A stretch of 64,000 nucleotides of DNA from Macrostomum hystrix (taxonomy: Eukaryota; Animalia; Platyhelminthes): the NCBI GenBank assembly GCA_950097015.1, contig CATNEN010000002.1, positions 2,728,001 to 2,792,000 of the forward strand, written 5' to 3'. Below the pieces are notes generated by a model. The model saw only the letters and a program-made list of their open reading frames with translations, was not told where the DNA came from and searched no databases. Position 1 is the stretch's first letter; each line of letters starts with the position of its first letter. Shown here piece after piece: positions 13,198 through 24,861 of the stretch. The translations under genes and the position numbers were made by a program.

Positions 13198-14055
13198 GCT
13201 GCAACTATTGCTGCGATTCCCACTGTCTCCCGCTGCGATTCCAGCTGCAACTATTGCTGCGATTCCCACTGTCTCCCGCTGCGATTCCGGCTGCAACTAT
13301 TGCTGCGATTCCCACTGTGTCTTCTGCTGCGATTCCGGCTGCAACTATTGCTGTGATTCCCACTGTCTCCCGCTGCGATTCCGGCTGCAACTATTGCTGC
13401 GATTCCCACTGTGTCTCCCGCTGCGATTCCCACTGTGTCTCCCGCTGCGATTCCGGCTGCAACTATTGCTGCGATTCCCACTAGGTCTCCTGCTGCGATT
13501 CCAGCTGCAACTATTTCTGCGATTCCCACTGGGTCTCCTGCTGCGATTCCAGCTGCAACGATTTTGGCTGCAACTGCTACGATTCCGACTGCAACAATTG
13601 CTGCGATTCCCATTGTATCTCCTACTGCGATTCCAGCTGCAACTATTTCTGCGATTCCCACTAGGTCTCCTGCTGCGATTCCAGCTGCAACTATTTCTGC
13701 GATTCCCACTGGGTCTCCTGCTGCGATTCCAGCTGCAACGATTTTGGCTGCAACTGCTGCGATTCCGGCTGCAACTATTGCTGCGATTCCCACTGTGTCT
13801 TCTGCTGCGATTCCGGCTGCAACTATTGCTGTGATTCCCACTGTCTCCCGCTGCGATTCCGGCTGCAACTATTGCTGCGATTCCCACTGTGTCTCCCGCT
13901 GCGATTCCCACTGTGTCTCCCGCTGCGATTCCGGCTGCAACTATTGCTGCGATTCCCACTAGGTCTCCTGCTGCGATTCCAGCTGCAACTATTTCTGCGA
14001 TTCCCACTGGGTCTCCTGCTGCGATTCCAGCTGCAACGATTTTGGCTGCAACTGC
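13198..14055. repeat. Compound minisatellite, core GCTGCGATTCC[A/G]GCTGCAACTATT, with higher-order blocks; resumes at 14581-14680
   Basis: Tandem periodicity; explains ORFs 13205..14058. Confidence 0.9.
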
Positions 14056-14063
14056 CAAAATCC

Positions 14064-14580
14064 CCGATAATCCCCAATCCGATAATCCCCAATACGATAA
14101 TCCCCAATTCGATAATCCCCCATCCGATAATACCCAATCCCAAAATCCTCAATCCGATAATCCCCAATCCAATCTAATAATTCCTAAATCAATAATCCCA
14201 CATTCCTATCTTTCTAATCAGTTTTTCCCTAATCCTCAAACTCATAATTTTCAACATCATCATCCCCTAAAACCAGATTCCTAATCCCTTCCCCAGTTAT
14301 AATTTCATCTCTATCGCATTGGCACCTTTCGATAACAACAATAATCCACGAATCAAAACAGTCCCGAGTTCGATTGCGCAGAACAGCCCTACCAATTAGC
14401 AGATTCCCCGAAAAACAAGCCGCTATTTCCCATTAGATTTCTAGAATTTTCCTGTGCTTACCTGACTGAGTACTGAGTCTGAGCGGTTTGAGCTGCCGAA
14501 AGTCAAGGTAGATTAGCTCCCGGGACCGCCCCGCTCTTGTTCCCAGCCCAGGAACAAGAATTGACGAACACTCCAAGAAT
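14064..14580 (+). repeat. 517-bp near-identical direct copy of 16921-17437
   Basis: Base-by-base comparison shows only 2 differences by eye. Confidence 0.9.
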
Positions 14581-14870
14581 GCTACGATTCCGACTGCAAC
14601 AATTGCTGCGATTCCCATTGTATCTCCTACTGCGATTCCGACTGCAAAAAACTGATGCAATTAACACTGCTGCGATTTTGATAGCGAATCCTGCTCCAAT
14701 TTGTTATGATTTGTCGCTCGATCTGGGATCCTGGAGTGCTAAACTGCCAGCTTTTGTCTCATCGCCTTAGTTTCCTACTGCAAGTAGTCAACTTACAATA
14801 ATTTGTTACAAAAATACTTCCATGAGATTGGAAAAACAAACCCTATCTCTGAATGTTGGACACCACCTTT

Positions 14871-15286
14871 AATAATAATAAAATAATAATATTAATTAGT
14901 TTTTTATTTTACAAAAATAAATTTTTGAAAAAAATGAAAATTAAAATCATATTCCTCAGGAGGGAGGGGTACAAAAGCAGGAATTAAAATTTTGCGGCAC
15001 TTCCGCAGACGGCCAGCATTGGCGTGGGCGTAAGCAGCGACGATCTTGCGGGCATTTCCGGCCTGGACAGCCGCCCCGAGCCGGCGGATAGATGTACACA
15101 CAGGTGTGGACATCTGACCTGACTTTCTCATCGTCAGGCAGTGTACACTCTCAGCAATGTGCCTTGGCCGTTGTCCCTCAAGGGCGGAAATTACTCGACA
15201 AGACCCCAAGCCTTCTCTCTCGTGGAATCGAGCTCAGGGACCTTGGTACGAGAGGAAAACGCGTTAGACCACTCTACCAATAACCC
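14871..15286 (-). mobile_element. Full-length tRNA-derived SINE (family 1), 416 bp
   Basis: Minus-strand head GGGTTATTGGTAGAGTGG (A box) ... GAGCTCGATTCC (B box); (ATT)n tail at 14871-14890; 15-bp TSD TTGGACACCACC[T/C]TT at 14856-14870 and 15287-15301. Confidence 0.85.
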
Positions 15287-15308
15287 TTGGACACCACCCT
15301 TACTCTCA

Positions 15309-15738
15309 GAGAGTGTGAGGACACCAAAATCTACCTTCAGAGAGTGTGAGGACACCAAAATCTACCTTCAGAGAGTGTGAGGACACCAAAATCTACCTTC
15401 AGAGAGTGTGAGGACACCAAAATCTACCTTCAGAGAGTTTGAGGACACCAAAATCTACCTTCAGAGAGTGTGAGGACACCAAAATCTACCTTCAGAGAGT
15501 GTGAGGACACCAAAATCTACCTTCAGAGAGTGTGAGGACACCAAAATCTACCTTCAGAGAGTGTGAGGACACCAAAATCTACCTTCAGAGAGTGTGAGGA
15601 CACCAAAATCTACATTCAGAGAGTTTGAGGACACCAAAATCTACCTTCAGAGAGTTTGAGGACACCAAAATCTACCTTCAGAGAGTTTGAGGACACCAAA
15701 ATCTACCTTCAGAGAGTGTGAGGACACCAAAATCTACC
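15309..15738. repeat. 31-bp minisatellite (GAGAGTGTGAGGACACCAAAATCTACCTTCA)n, about 14 copies
   Basis: Tandem periodicity. Confidence 0.95.
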
Positions 15739-16244
15739 CTTGGTTGAGCTAAGCTCGGAAAACAGCTAACTGACTGGTCTAAATTGCAAACAAATCGCTA
15801 ATATTAAAAGCAGGAACCAATCAGAGCCGTTTCTGACCAAGTGACAGAAAATTTCTCAAGTTAGCTGCAAGTGCCTCGCCGGGCCAATAAAACTTCGCTG
15901 AATCGAATGCAACAGACACCGGTCACATGCTGCTTGAGTGCAATTAACCGGCTGAAAGTTAGTCGCCTTCCTCCATAGCAACTCGCCCCTCGGTCTCACC
16001 AGTCTGTCTCTTTGGTCTCAAATCTCCGCCTTACGCTAGTTAAGGCCAGGTAATCTCCGAGCCTCTGTAGGATGGCCGACTCAGAAACACGAATCGGGCG
16101 TTGGCAGTTACTTCGGCAACAAGCCGGCTGATTTTGTGGGACCTTGAGATTTTATTATTTCGCATTTAAGCCCCGGTTGCGAGTCGATGGTGCCAGGGTA
16201 GCTGTCGCTTCTAATCTTGCGCCTGGCGACTGAAATTAGTTGCC

Positions 16245-19200
16245 ATGGAGATGATAACGGACGCTCCGATTGCCACAAGCCCAGCTGGCACCGTTGAGAA
16301 CCTGAGCAGCGGATTCTTCAAAGCCCGCAGCGCCTCCATCGTGGTTTCCCTGATCGGCTTGGCAATGAGCTCATTCTCACTGGTCGTGCTCGTGCGCAAG
16401 TACCTCGCCAGGCGTGACGTATTCGACGTTGGACTCATCATCCTGGAGGCCAGCCAGGCGATCTACTGCCTGCTCTGCTCCGCTACCTTCTGCATGGACC
16501 TGGCTGTGCAGCTCACGGGCACTTACAACAATGAGCCTTTCAAGACAATCTATGAGGTGAGAGGAGTGCCATTGTTCCTTTTAACATCATCCCTTTTTCA
16601 TTTACCCCCCGAATCCCTAATCCGCTTAAACCCAAAAAATTTATCCACAAAATTATTGTACACATACTAAAATCCCCAATCCAATAATCTCAATCTGATA
16701 ATCCCCAATCCGATACTCCCCAATCCGATAATCCCCAATCCGATAATCCCCAATCCGATAATCCCCAATCCGATAATCCCCAATCCGATAATCCCCAATC
16801 CGATAATCCCCAATCCGATAATCCCCAATTCGATAATCCCCCCATCCGATAATACCCTATCCCAAAATCCTCAATCCGATAATCCCCAATCCGATAATCC
16901 CCAATCCGATAATCCCCAACCCGATAATCCCCAATCCGATAATCCCCAATACGATAATCCCCAATTCGATAATCCCCCATCCGATAGTACCCAATCCCAA
17001 AATCCTCAATCCGATAATCCCCAATCCAATCTAATAATTCCTAAATCAATAATCCCACATTCCTATCTTTCTAATCAGTTTTTCCCTAATCCTCAAACTC
17101 ATAATTTTCAACATCATCATCCCCTAAAACCAGATTCCTAATCCCTTCCCCAGTTATAATTTCATCTCTATCGCATTGGCACCTTTCGATAACAACAATA
17201 ATCCACGAATCAAAACAGTCCCGAGTTCGATTGCGCAGAACAGCCCTACCAATTAGCAGATTCCCCGAAAAACAAGCCGCTATTTCCCATTAGATTTCTA
17301 GAATTTTCCTGTGCTTACCTGACTGAGTACTGAGTCTGAGCGGTTTGAGCTGCCGAAAGTCAAGGTAGATTAGCTCCCGGGGCCGCCCCGCTCTTGTTCC
17401 CAGCCCAGGAACAAGAATTGACGAACACTCCAAGAATACGAAAACTCGGGCGGTTCTCACCCGACTGTCCAGGGACTGGCCGAAACAGAGTCCACCCTTC
17501 TCTGATTCACTTTTTTATGAGCTCAACTAAAAAACTGGTAAACAACTCTGGACTCTTCAGTGGTCCGTGAGCACGTGATCTACTCAGTTCAAGGTCGCTT
17601 GCTAAAGCTGTTTGCCCCAAGCGGAGATTGACTGAGCTGAGTGATACCTTACTGGGTGTGATACCTCACGGAGTGTGATACCTTAATGGATGTGATACCT
17701 CCCTTGGGTGTGATACCTCACAGAGTGTGATACCTCACGGAGTGTGATACCTCACAGAGTGTGATACCTCACGGAGTGTGATACCTCACGGAGTGTGATA
17801 CCTCACGGAGTGTGATACCTCCCTTGGGTGTGATACCTCACAAAGTGTGATACCTCACGGAGTGTGATACCTCACAGAGTGTGATACCTCACGGAGTGTG
17901 ATACCTCACGGAGTGTGATACCTCACAGAGTGTGATACCTCACGGAGTGTGATACCTCACAGAGTGTGATACCTCACGGAGTGTGATACCTCCCTTGGGT
18001 GTGATACCTCCCTTGGGTGTGATACCTCCCTTGGGTGTGATACCTCACAAAGTGTGATACCTCACGGAGTGTGATACCTCACAGAGTGTGATACCTCACG
18101 GAGTGTGATACCTCACGGAGTGTGATACCTCCCTTGGGTGTGATACCTCCCTTGGGTGTGATACCTCCCTTGGGTGTGATACCTCACAGAGTGTGATACC
18201 TCACGGAGTGTGATACCTCACGGAGTGTGATACCTCACGGAGTGTGATACCTCACGGAGTGTGATACCTCCCTTGGGTGTGATACCTCACAAAGTGTGAT
18301 ACCTCACGGAGTGTGATACCTCACAGAGTGTGATACCTCACGGAGTGTGATACCTCCCTTTGGGTGTGATACCTCCCTTGGGTGTGATACCTCCCTTGGG
18401 TGTGATACCTCCCTTGGGTGTGATACCTCCCTTGGGTGTGATACCTCACGGAGTGTGATACCTCACTAGGTGTGATACCTCACTAGGTGTGATACCTCAC
18501 TACGTGTGATACCTCACAGAGTGTGATACCTCACAGAGTGTGATAACTCACAGAGTGTGATACCCCACAGAGTGTGATGCATAAAAAAATAAAAAGTTTG
18601 TTTTTATGCTAATAAAACTCTCTCGAGGTCAATATTTATCCAACTTTTTGACAAAATTAACCGCTTGACCTTCGCCGCCTTCAAGGTACTGTTTGCTCTC
18701 GTGCTGATGGCGCTGCTAAACCGCAACCAGTGGACAATGTGCATGACCCTGTTCCGCACCGTGGCAGCCACCAACCCCATAGCGTTCCGGCACTGTTTCA
18801 CCAAGCGCATGCAGGTTCTGGTGTTCGTGCCAGTGCTCATTCTGTCCGTCCTTGTTGGCTCGCTGTACATGCCTGGCCTCATCCAGAAGATGGACAAGCA
18901 GGCCCTGCTGATGGTTAGCCGCATCTTCCAGTCGTACGTGCCAGTCCCCGTCATCCTCATCTGCTCGTTCATCATGGCCTACAAATTCTGCCGCACCAAG
19001 GAGCAGCTAACTAGCAGCGACTCCATTGTGACCAGCCGCGCCACCGGCGTTGTCGGCAGCGGAGGCACGACGTGCGTCGAAGTCACCTCTGGCGGTGGCG
19101 CCAGTTGCGAGGTTGCCAGTTCGAGCTATGCCGCCGGTACCTGCAGTGGCGTCACCAGTGCCAGCATCGTCAGAGCGGTCGGGAGGCCCACCAATGTCGC

Positions 19201-19867
19201 CAGATGCGCCGCTGTTGGTGGCGGAAGCATCATCGGCAGTTCCGGCGGTAACGGCGCGGCTGCAAGCCTTCGACGCAACTCTCGCGTAGCCACGGCCATT
19301 GTGCTCTGCCTGTCAATCTCGTTCCACCTGCTCGAGACTCCCGGCGCCATTCTCATCATGCTGAACCTATCCCTGACCAGCTCGGTGGACTGGTTCTACG
19401 CACTCAATGACACTCTGGTGTCGCTGGACAGCGCTGTGCACTTTCTCATCTTCTTCGGTCTGAGCCGCAATTTCCGCCGCACTGCCGCCCAGGCTTGCTG
19501 CGGCCACCGGGGTCGTAAACGAGCCGCTGGGAGGCGCCGCGCCCTGGCCGGTCACCACCTCGTTGCCGGTTGTCGATCGGCGGCCGCCAGCGGTGTCGGC
19601 TTCGCTGGCACTCAGCAAATCGGCCGCCGATGCCGCAGCCGCGGCCGCGAACTCAAAGACGAGGACAGCGTCAAGCGGAACGGCATAGGAGGATACGGAA
19701 GCGGCGCCAACCGTTTCGGCGACCACAAGGTCACCATGTCGCTTCTGCCAGAAGTCTGCCCGGCTGCCGGGAGCCAGTCCATCGAGATGGCGCTGATCAC
19801 ACCGCAGCCAGCCACGCCATCGAGCAGTCGCACCAGCTTGCGCCTGGAGACTCTGCGAGAGCAGTGA
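16245..19867 (+). CDS. Two-exon divergent class-A GPCR (exons 16245-16556 and 18686-19867), about 497 aa
   Basis: Donor GAG|GTGAGA and acceptor CCTTCAAG|G are both phase 0 and complete TM3 (TIYE-VLFALVLMALL...MTLFRTVAATNP); seven TM segments; TM7/H8 DSAVHFLIFFGLSRNFRR. The acceptor position is inferred. Confidence 0.75.
16672..17030. repeat. 15-bp minisatellite (CCCAATCCGATAATC)n in GPCR intron
   Basis: Tandem periodicity. Confidence 0.9.
17640..18578. repeat. 17-18-bp minisatellite (GTGTGATACCTCACGGA)n in GPCR intron
   Basis: Tandem periodicity, about 53 copies. Confidence 0.95.
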
Positions 19868-20295
19868 GTCCGAGTTGAGTCGCCAATACATTGTGAGCTG
19901 GTTGGCTGTCAGATCTGTGAAAGAAGGGAAGTCATTTCAGTATAACTGACAAGTCCATAAAAAATATAATTTTTTTAGTGTCGATATATCCATGTTCTGT
20001 TTATTGGTTATTAAGTTTCGATGTAAGACAGTGACGCTATTTTATGGTCTTAGTGTAATTGGTAAAAAAATTCCCGACAATTAGTAAGAAGTTTTATTGA
20101 CAGAATCCGTAAACTTTACCGCCGAGTCTTGCCCTCGTGATAGCTTTGTGGATTTTTTGGACTTGTTGTATATCCTCTCAAGACATGACACTTGACATTG
20201 TGCTCATTGTTTTTCGTGTTTTTACAGGCGTGTAGAGCACTTTTCCTGTTTGCAATAGTCCTGTCCTTTAAGGCTAGAAAGATGCAATATCTCAC

Positions 20296-20820
20296 TGGGT
20301 GTGATACCTCACAGGGTGTGATACCTCACAGGGTGTGATACCTCACAGGGTGTGATACCTCACAGGGTGTGATACCTCACAGGGTGCGATACCTCACAGG
20401 GTGTGATACCTCACAGGGTGTGATACCTCACAGGGTGTGATACCTCACAGGGTGTGATACCTCACAGGGTGTGATACCTCACTAGGTGTGATACCTCACA
20501 GGGTGTGATACCTCACAGGGTGTGATACCTCACAGGGTGTGATACCTCACAGGGTGTGATACCTCACAGGGTGTGATACCTCACAGGGTGTGATACCTCA
20601 CTAGGTGTGATACCTCACAGGGTGTGATACCTCACTAGGTGTGATACCTCACAGGGTGTGATACCTCACAGGGTGTGATACCTCACAGGGTGTGATACCT
20701 CACAGGGTGTGATACCTCACTAGGTGTGATACCTCACAGGGTGTGATACCTCACAGGGTGTGATACCTCACTAGGTGTGATACCTCACAGAGTGTGATAC
20801 CTCCCTCTGACACCTCACTA
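20296..20820. repeat. 17-bp minisatellite (GGGTGTGATACCTCACA)n, same family as 17640-18578
   Basis: Shared core GTGTGATACCTCAC. Confidence 0.95.
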
Positions 20821-22267
20821 GCTGTGTACAGTAACTCTGGTTGTCACTAATCCTCGCAGGTGCGTAAGCTTATTCTAACAGCATTTATAGCAGCTGCAGG
20901 CTCTGATGGTCTTTGAAGAACTGTCTACATCACTTTCTTTTCAATTTCTTTTCTACCGGCTTGCCTGCCAGGACTTAAGAAGCTCATTGACTCAACGATA
21001 TGTGTAGAAAACGCAGTGATTTTTTGGCTTGTTGGTTGACTTAAATAGACAAAGAATTGCGGGTTCACACAGACAAACAGACGCACACTTTCTCACAGAG
21101 TCGTTGAGCAGTCTCCTTCCGGGGCCGACAAATTTCACATAACCACCGCCTTGCAAGCACCGCGCACTACACCACTGGAGTCGCATTGGGAAGGGGATGT
21201 TTGCACAGTTATTTAGACTCGTTCCTCTCTCACAGAGCTGTGCAGAGTCAACACCGCGAGCAGGTCCTTGATCCCCAATAACAGCTCTCCGTCCCACGAC
21301 TGTTCCCCCGTCTCAAAGCTATAGCTGCATAGAGTTTTGATCACTCAATAGGTTATTAACTCGAACACTGCTTACTCAGCTTTGATAAAATCAATCTAGG
21401 TTCTAGTGTGCCCGACTGTTGCCATAACTGCAGGCTATTTGAGTGCGGAAGCGTCTCGCTTAAGAATCTCATGCTTTAGAAGTACAAATAGTCCACAAAT
21501 CCATTAGTCCCATTTGAAAAAATGCCAAGAGCAAATTCAGTAATAAAACTATTCCACGAAGTTTGTGTTTGTGTTTGTGTTTGTTTGCTTTGCGTTTATT
21601 CAGTGATCTGTGTATCTGACATTTACGTCTTAATTCGTATATTAATTTTTAAACTTAATAAACAACAACATTCCATGTATTTTAATTTCTACAAAAAAAT
21701 TATGATTTTAAGTTGTTAGATTTTAAGCTGTTAATAATTTTCTGTCCATATATTATTAGCAATTAAATTATTATAAATACCAATTACAATGTTTACAATT
21801 TTTAACTATACCTATTGTTGTCAGTTGTTACATTGTTCTATTTCTGTGTTTCTACTGCTCTCGAAAATTCTGTTAAACTAAATATGAATGCTAAAAGTGA
21901 CGTAAAACATAAATGTAATATTTAATAATGAGTCGATATTGTGACTGTTCATTTATTAGTGTTGATGACAAAGATTTTTTGTTGTAAAAAATAAATTTAA
22001 TAAGCGTAAACTTTCAGGTTTGTTTGTCTGCGTCTGAAAATTATAAATGCTGTTTTCAATCGAGTTATTAATCCTTCAATTTTAAATTTCACTATTACCA
22101 GCTTATAGAAAGCTGTAATGTACGCTCTATATTGCCCTATAAAATGGTGAGAGGACTAGAAAAGTTTCAAAGGTCGCTCGTAAGCAGTGTGTTGCAAGAA
22201 TGTTTACATTAATTATTCATAGATTACATAGATTACATAGATTACATAGATTACATAATTATTCATA

Positions 22268-23689
22268 GTGATTTGCTGTCAGTTGGTGTGATTTGCTGTC
22301 AGTTGGTGTGATTTTCTGTCAGTTAGTGTGATTTGCTGTCAGGTGGTGTGATTTGCTGTCAGGTGGTGTGATTTGCTGTCAGGTGCTGTGATTTGCTGTC
22401 AGTTAGTGTGATTTGCTGTCAGGTGGTGTGATTTGCTGTCAGTTAGTGTGATTTGCTGTCAGGTGGTGTGATTTGCTGTCAGGTGGTGTGATTTGCTGTC
22501 AGTTGGTGTGATTTGCTGTCAGTTAGTGTGATTTTTGCTGTCAGTTGGTGTCAGTTTGCAGTCAGTTGGAATCAGTTTGCAGTCAGTTTGCAGTCAGTTG
22601 GAGTCAGTTTGCAGTCTGTTGGAGTCAGTTTGCAGTCTGTTGGAGTCAGTTTGCAGTCTGTTGGAGTCAGTTTGCAGTCAGTTGGAGTCAGTTTGCAGTC
22701 AGTTGGAGTCAGTTTGCAGTCAGTTAAGAACATAAGTTTAATTCAAATTTAATTCAATTTAATTTCGCATTTAAAGTACAGAACATAAATTTAATTTCTT
22801 GCACTGAGATCACTTGGGAATATATTTTGTGGCAGGGAATTCGAGCTAAGCATAATATTATGACTCCAACTGACTGCAAACTGACTCCAACTGACTGCAA
22901 ACTGACTCCAACTGACTGCAAACTGACAGCAAATCACACCACCTGACAGCAAATCACACTAACTGACAGTAAACCACACTAACTGACAGCAAATCACACC
23001 AACTGACAGCAAATCACACCACCTGACAGCAAATCACACTAACTGACAGCAAATCACACCACCTGACAGCAAATCACACTAGCTGACAGCAAATCACACC
23101 AACTGACAGAAAATCACACCACCTGACAGCAAATCACACTAACTGACAGCAAATCACACCGCCTGACAGCAAATCACACTAACTGACAGTAAACCACACT
23201 AACTGACAGCAAATCACACCACCTGACAGCAAATCACACCACCTGACAGCAAATCACACTAACTGACAGCAAATCACACCAACTGACAGCAAATCACACC
23301 ACCTGACAGCAAATCACACTAACTGACAGCAAATCACACCACCTGACAGCAAATCACACCACCTGACAGCAAATCACACCACCTGACAGCAAATCACACT
23401 AACTGACAGCAAATCACACCAACTGACAGCAAATCACACCACCTGACAGCAAATCACACTAACTGACAGCAAATCACACCACCTGACAGCAAATCACACC
23501 ACCTGACAGCAAATCACACCACCTGACAGCAAATCACACTTACTGACAGCAAATCACACTAACTGACAGCAAATCACACCAACTGACAGCAAATCACACT
23601 AAGTGACAGCAAATCACACCAACTGACAGCAAATCACACTAAGTGACAGCAAATCACACTAAGTGACAGCAAATCACACTAACTGACAG
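22268..23689. repeat. Foldback structure: two mirrored composite satellite arms around a 135-bp AT-rich spacer
   Basis: Left arm: 20-mer GTGATTTGCTGTCAGKTRGT then 21-mer GTCAGTTTGCAGTCAGTTGGA. Right arm: their reverse complements in reverse order. Confidence 0.9.
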
Positions 23690-23889
23690 GTCGATTAACC
23701 CTTGATCTCCAAACAGTCGGCATAAGCAGCGCTGAAAACGATTCTCGCTTCTCTCGCAAGGTGACAAAAGTAAGAAAAAAATTATTATTCAGAAAGCTAG
23801 CAATTTTGTTCCTAGTGTACATTACACATTTTCCTGCAGTTAATTAGAAAATGGAATATTTGCATTATAATATAGAGAGGCCTTAGCAC

Positions 23890-24476
23890 ATAGTCACACT
23901 GCCAAGCACATCGTCATGTTGGGACCCCTCTGCGTCGCACAGGCTGGCCAACTCTTGCTCGACCCTGCGTCCTTCTCGTCCATAGGTTGTAGCCAGTCTC
24001 ATCGATAAACACAGCCAGGTCATTCACAGGCAGTCCCGTCATCATCATCAGCATAGTCACGCCTCGCTTGTATCACATCCTGGGTATTCGCAGCAAGCCT
24101 CACGTCGGCATCCTTGGTGGCGACTTTCAGTGAGATAAGCATGGAGTTCATCGCTCTAGCAATGGTGGCTTTTGTGGCAACTCCAAAGTCAGTTTTCTCT
24201 GCACATCCGTCAGAGTAACATAGGGATTTCGCTCAACTGTCTGCTCAACGGCATTCCGCGTTTCAGCATCCATATTTGTTGACCCCGGCTTGCGGCCACC
24301 GCGTTGCAACGCATGGATCTCACCAGTAGCTGCGTAGCGACTCCATATCCGATAGGCCGCGTCTTCTTGTTCAGATTAAGGATTTTGGACACAGTCGAAA
24401 TTGAGTAACCATCTTCGATGAAATTGACCAGGCGCTCTCTATCCTCGTTGCTTGTTAAACGCAGTTGATTTGCCAT
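23890..24476 (-). pseudogene. Frameshifted IS630/Tc1-superfamily transposase remnant
   Basis: HTH-like MANQLRLTSNEDRERLVNFIEDGYSISTVSKILNL; then in other frames QRGGRKP...ERNPYVTL and the DDE motif VFIDETGYNLWTRRTQGRARVG...RGPNMTMCLAV; breaks off before the second Asp. Confidence 0.8.
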
Positions 24477-24861
24477 AGCCCAGCCTTTGTTTTCAATATG
24501 GTTCTCACTTAGCTTTAAAAAATTTCTTACTTTGCTTGCAAGGCGCGCCCAAAAAGCTGGGCTGCAGCGAGTGGTGGCCATAGACAATAGTGACAATAGT
24601 TGCTATTCAGTCTCAGATTGCTTAAAAGAAGTCTCACCTAGCATGCAAAAACCAATACTTAAATTCGTGTCCTACTCGTACTTAATAATATAGTGCTCTT
24701 TGGTCTATGGTCTAGACCAAAACGATCGATTCAGCTTGTGATGATTTAACAATTAGCTCATATGATAATTGAGATAAAAAAATACTGTATTTTCTGAAGC
24801 AGAAATAAAAAAACCCATATCCTCTATCTGTAGGCTTAAGTCGTTCCTCTAAAACTAAATA

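Noticed and set aside
15215-15286. tRNA gene (also 37222-37305 and 60360-60400)
   Set aside because: A and B boxes are present but there is no complete cloverleaf; they continue into repeat bodies with tails or TSDs, so they are SINE heads.
23755-24543. Possible TIRs for the IS630-like remnant (GCAAG..CAAAGTAAGAAA)
   Set aside because: The match is short, gapped and AT-rich, with no TA duplication.
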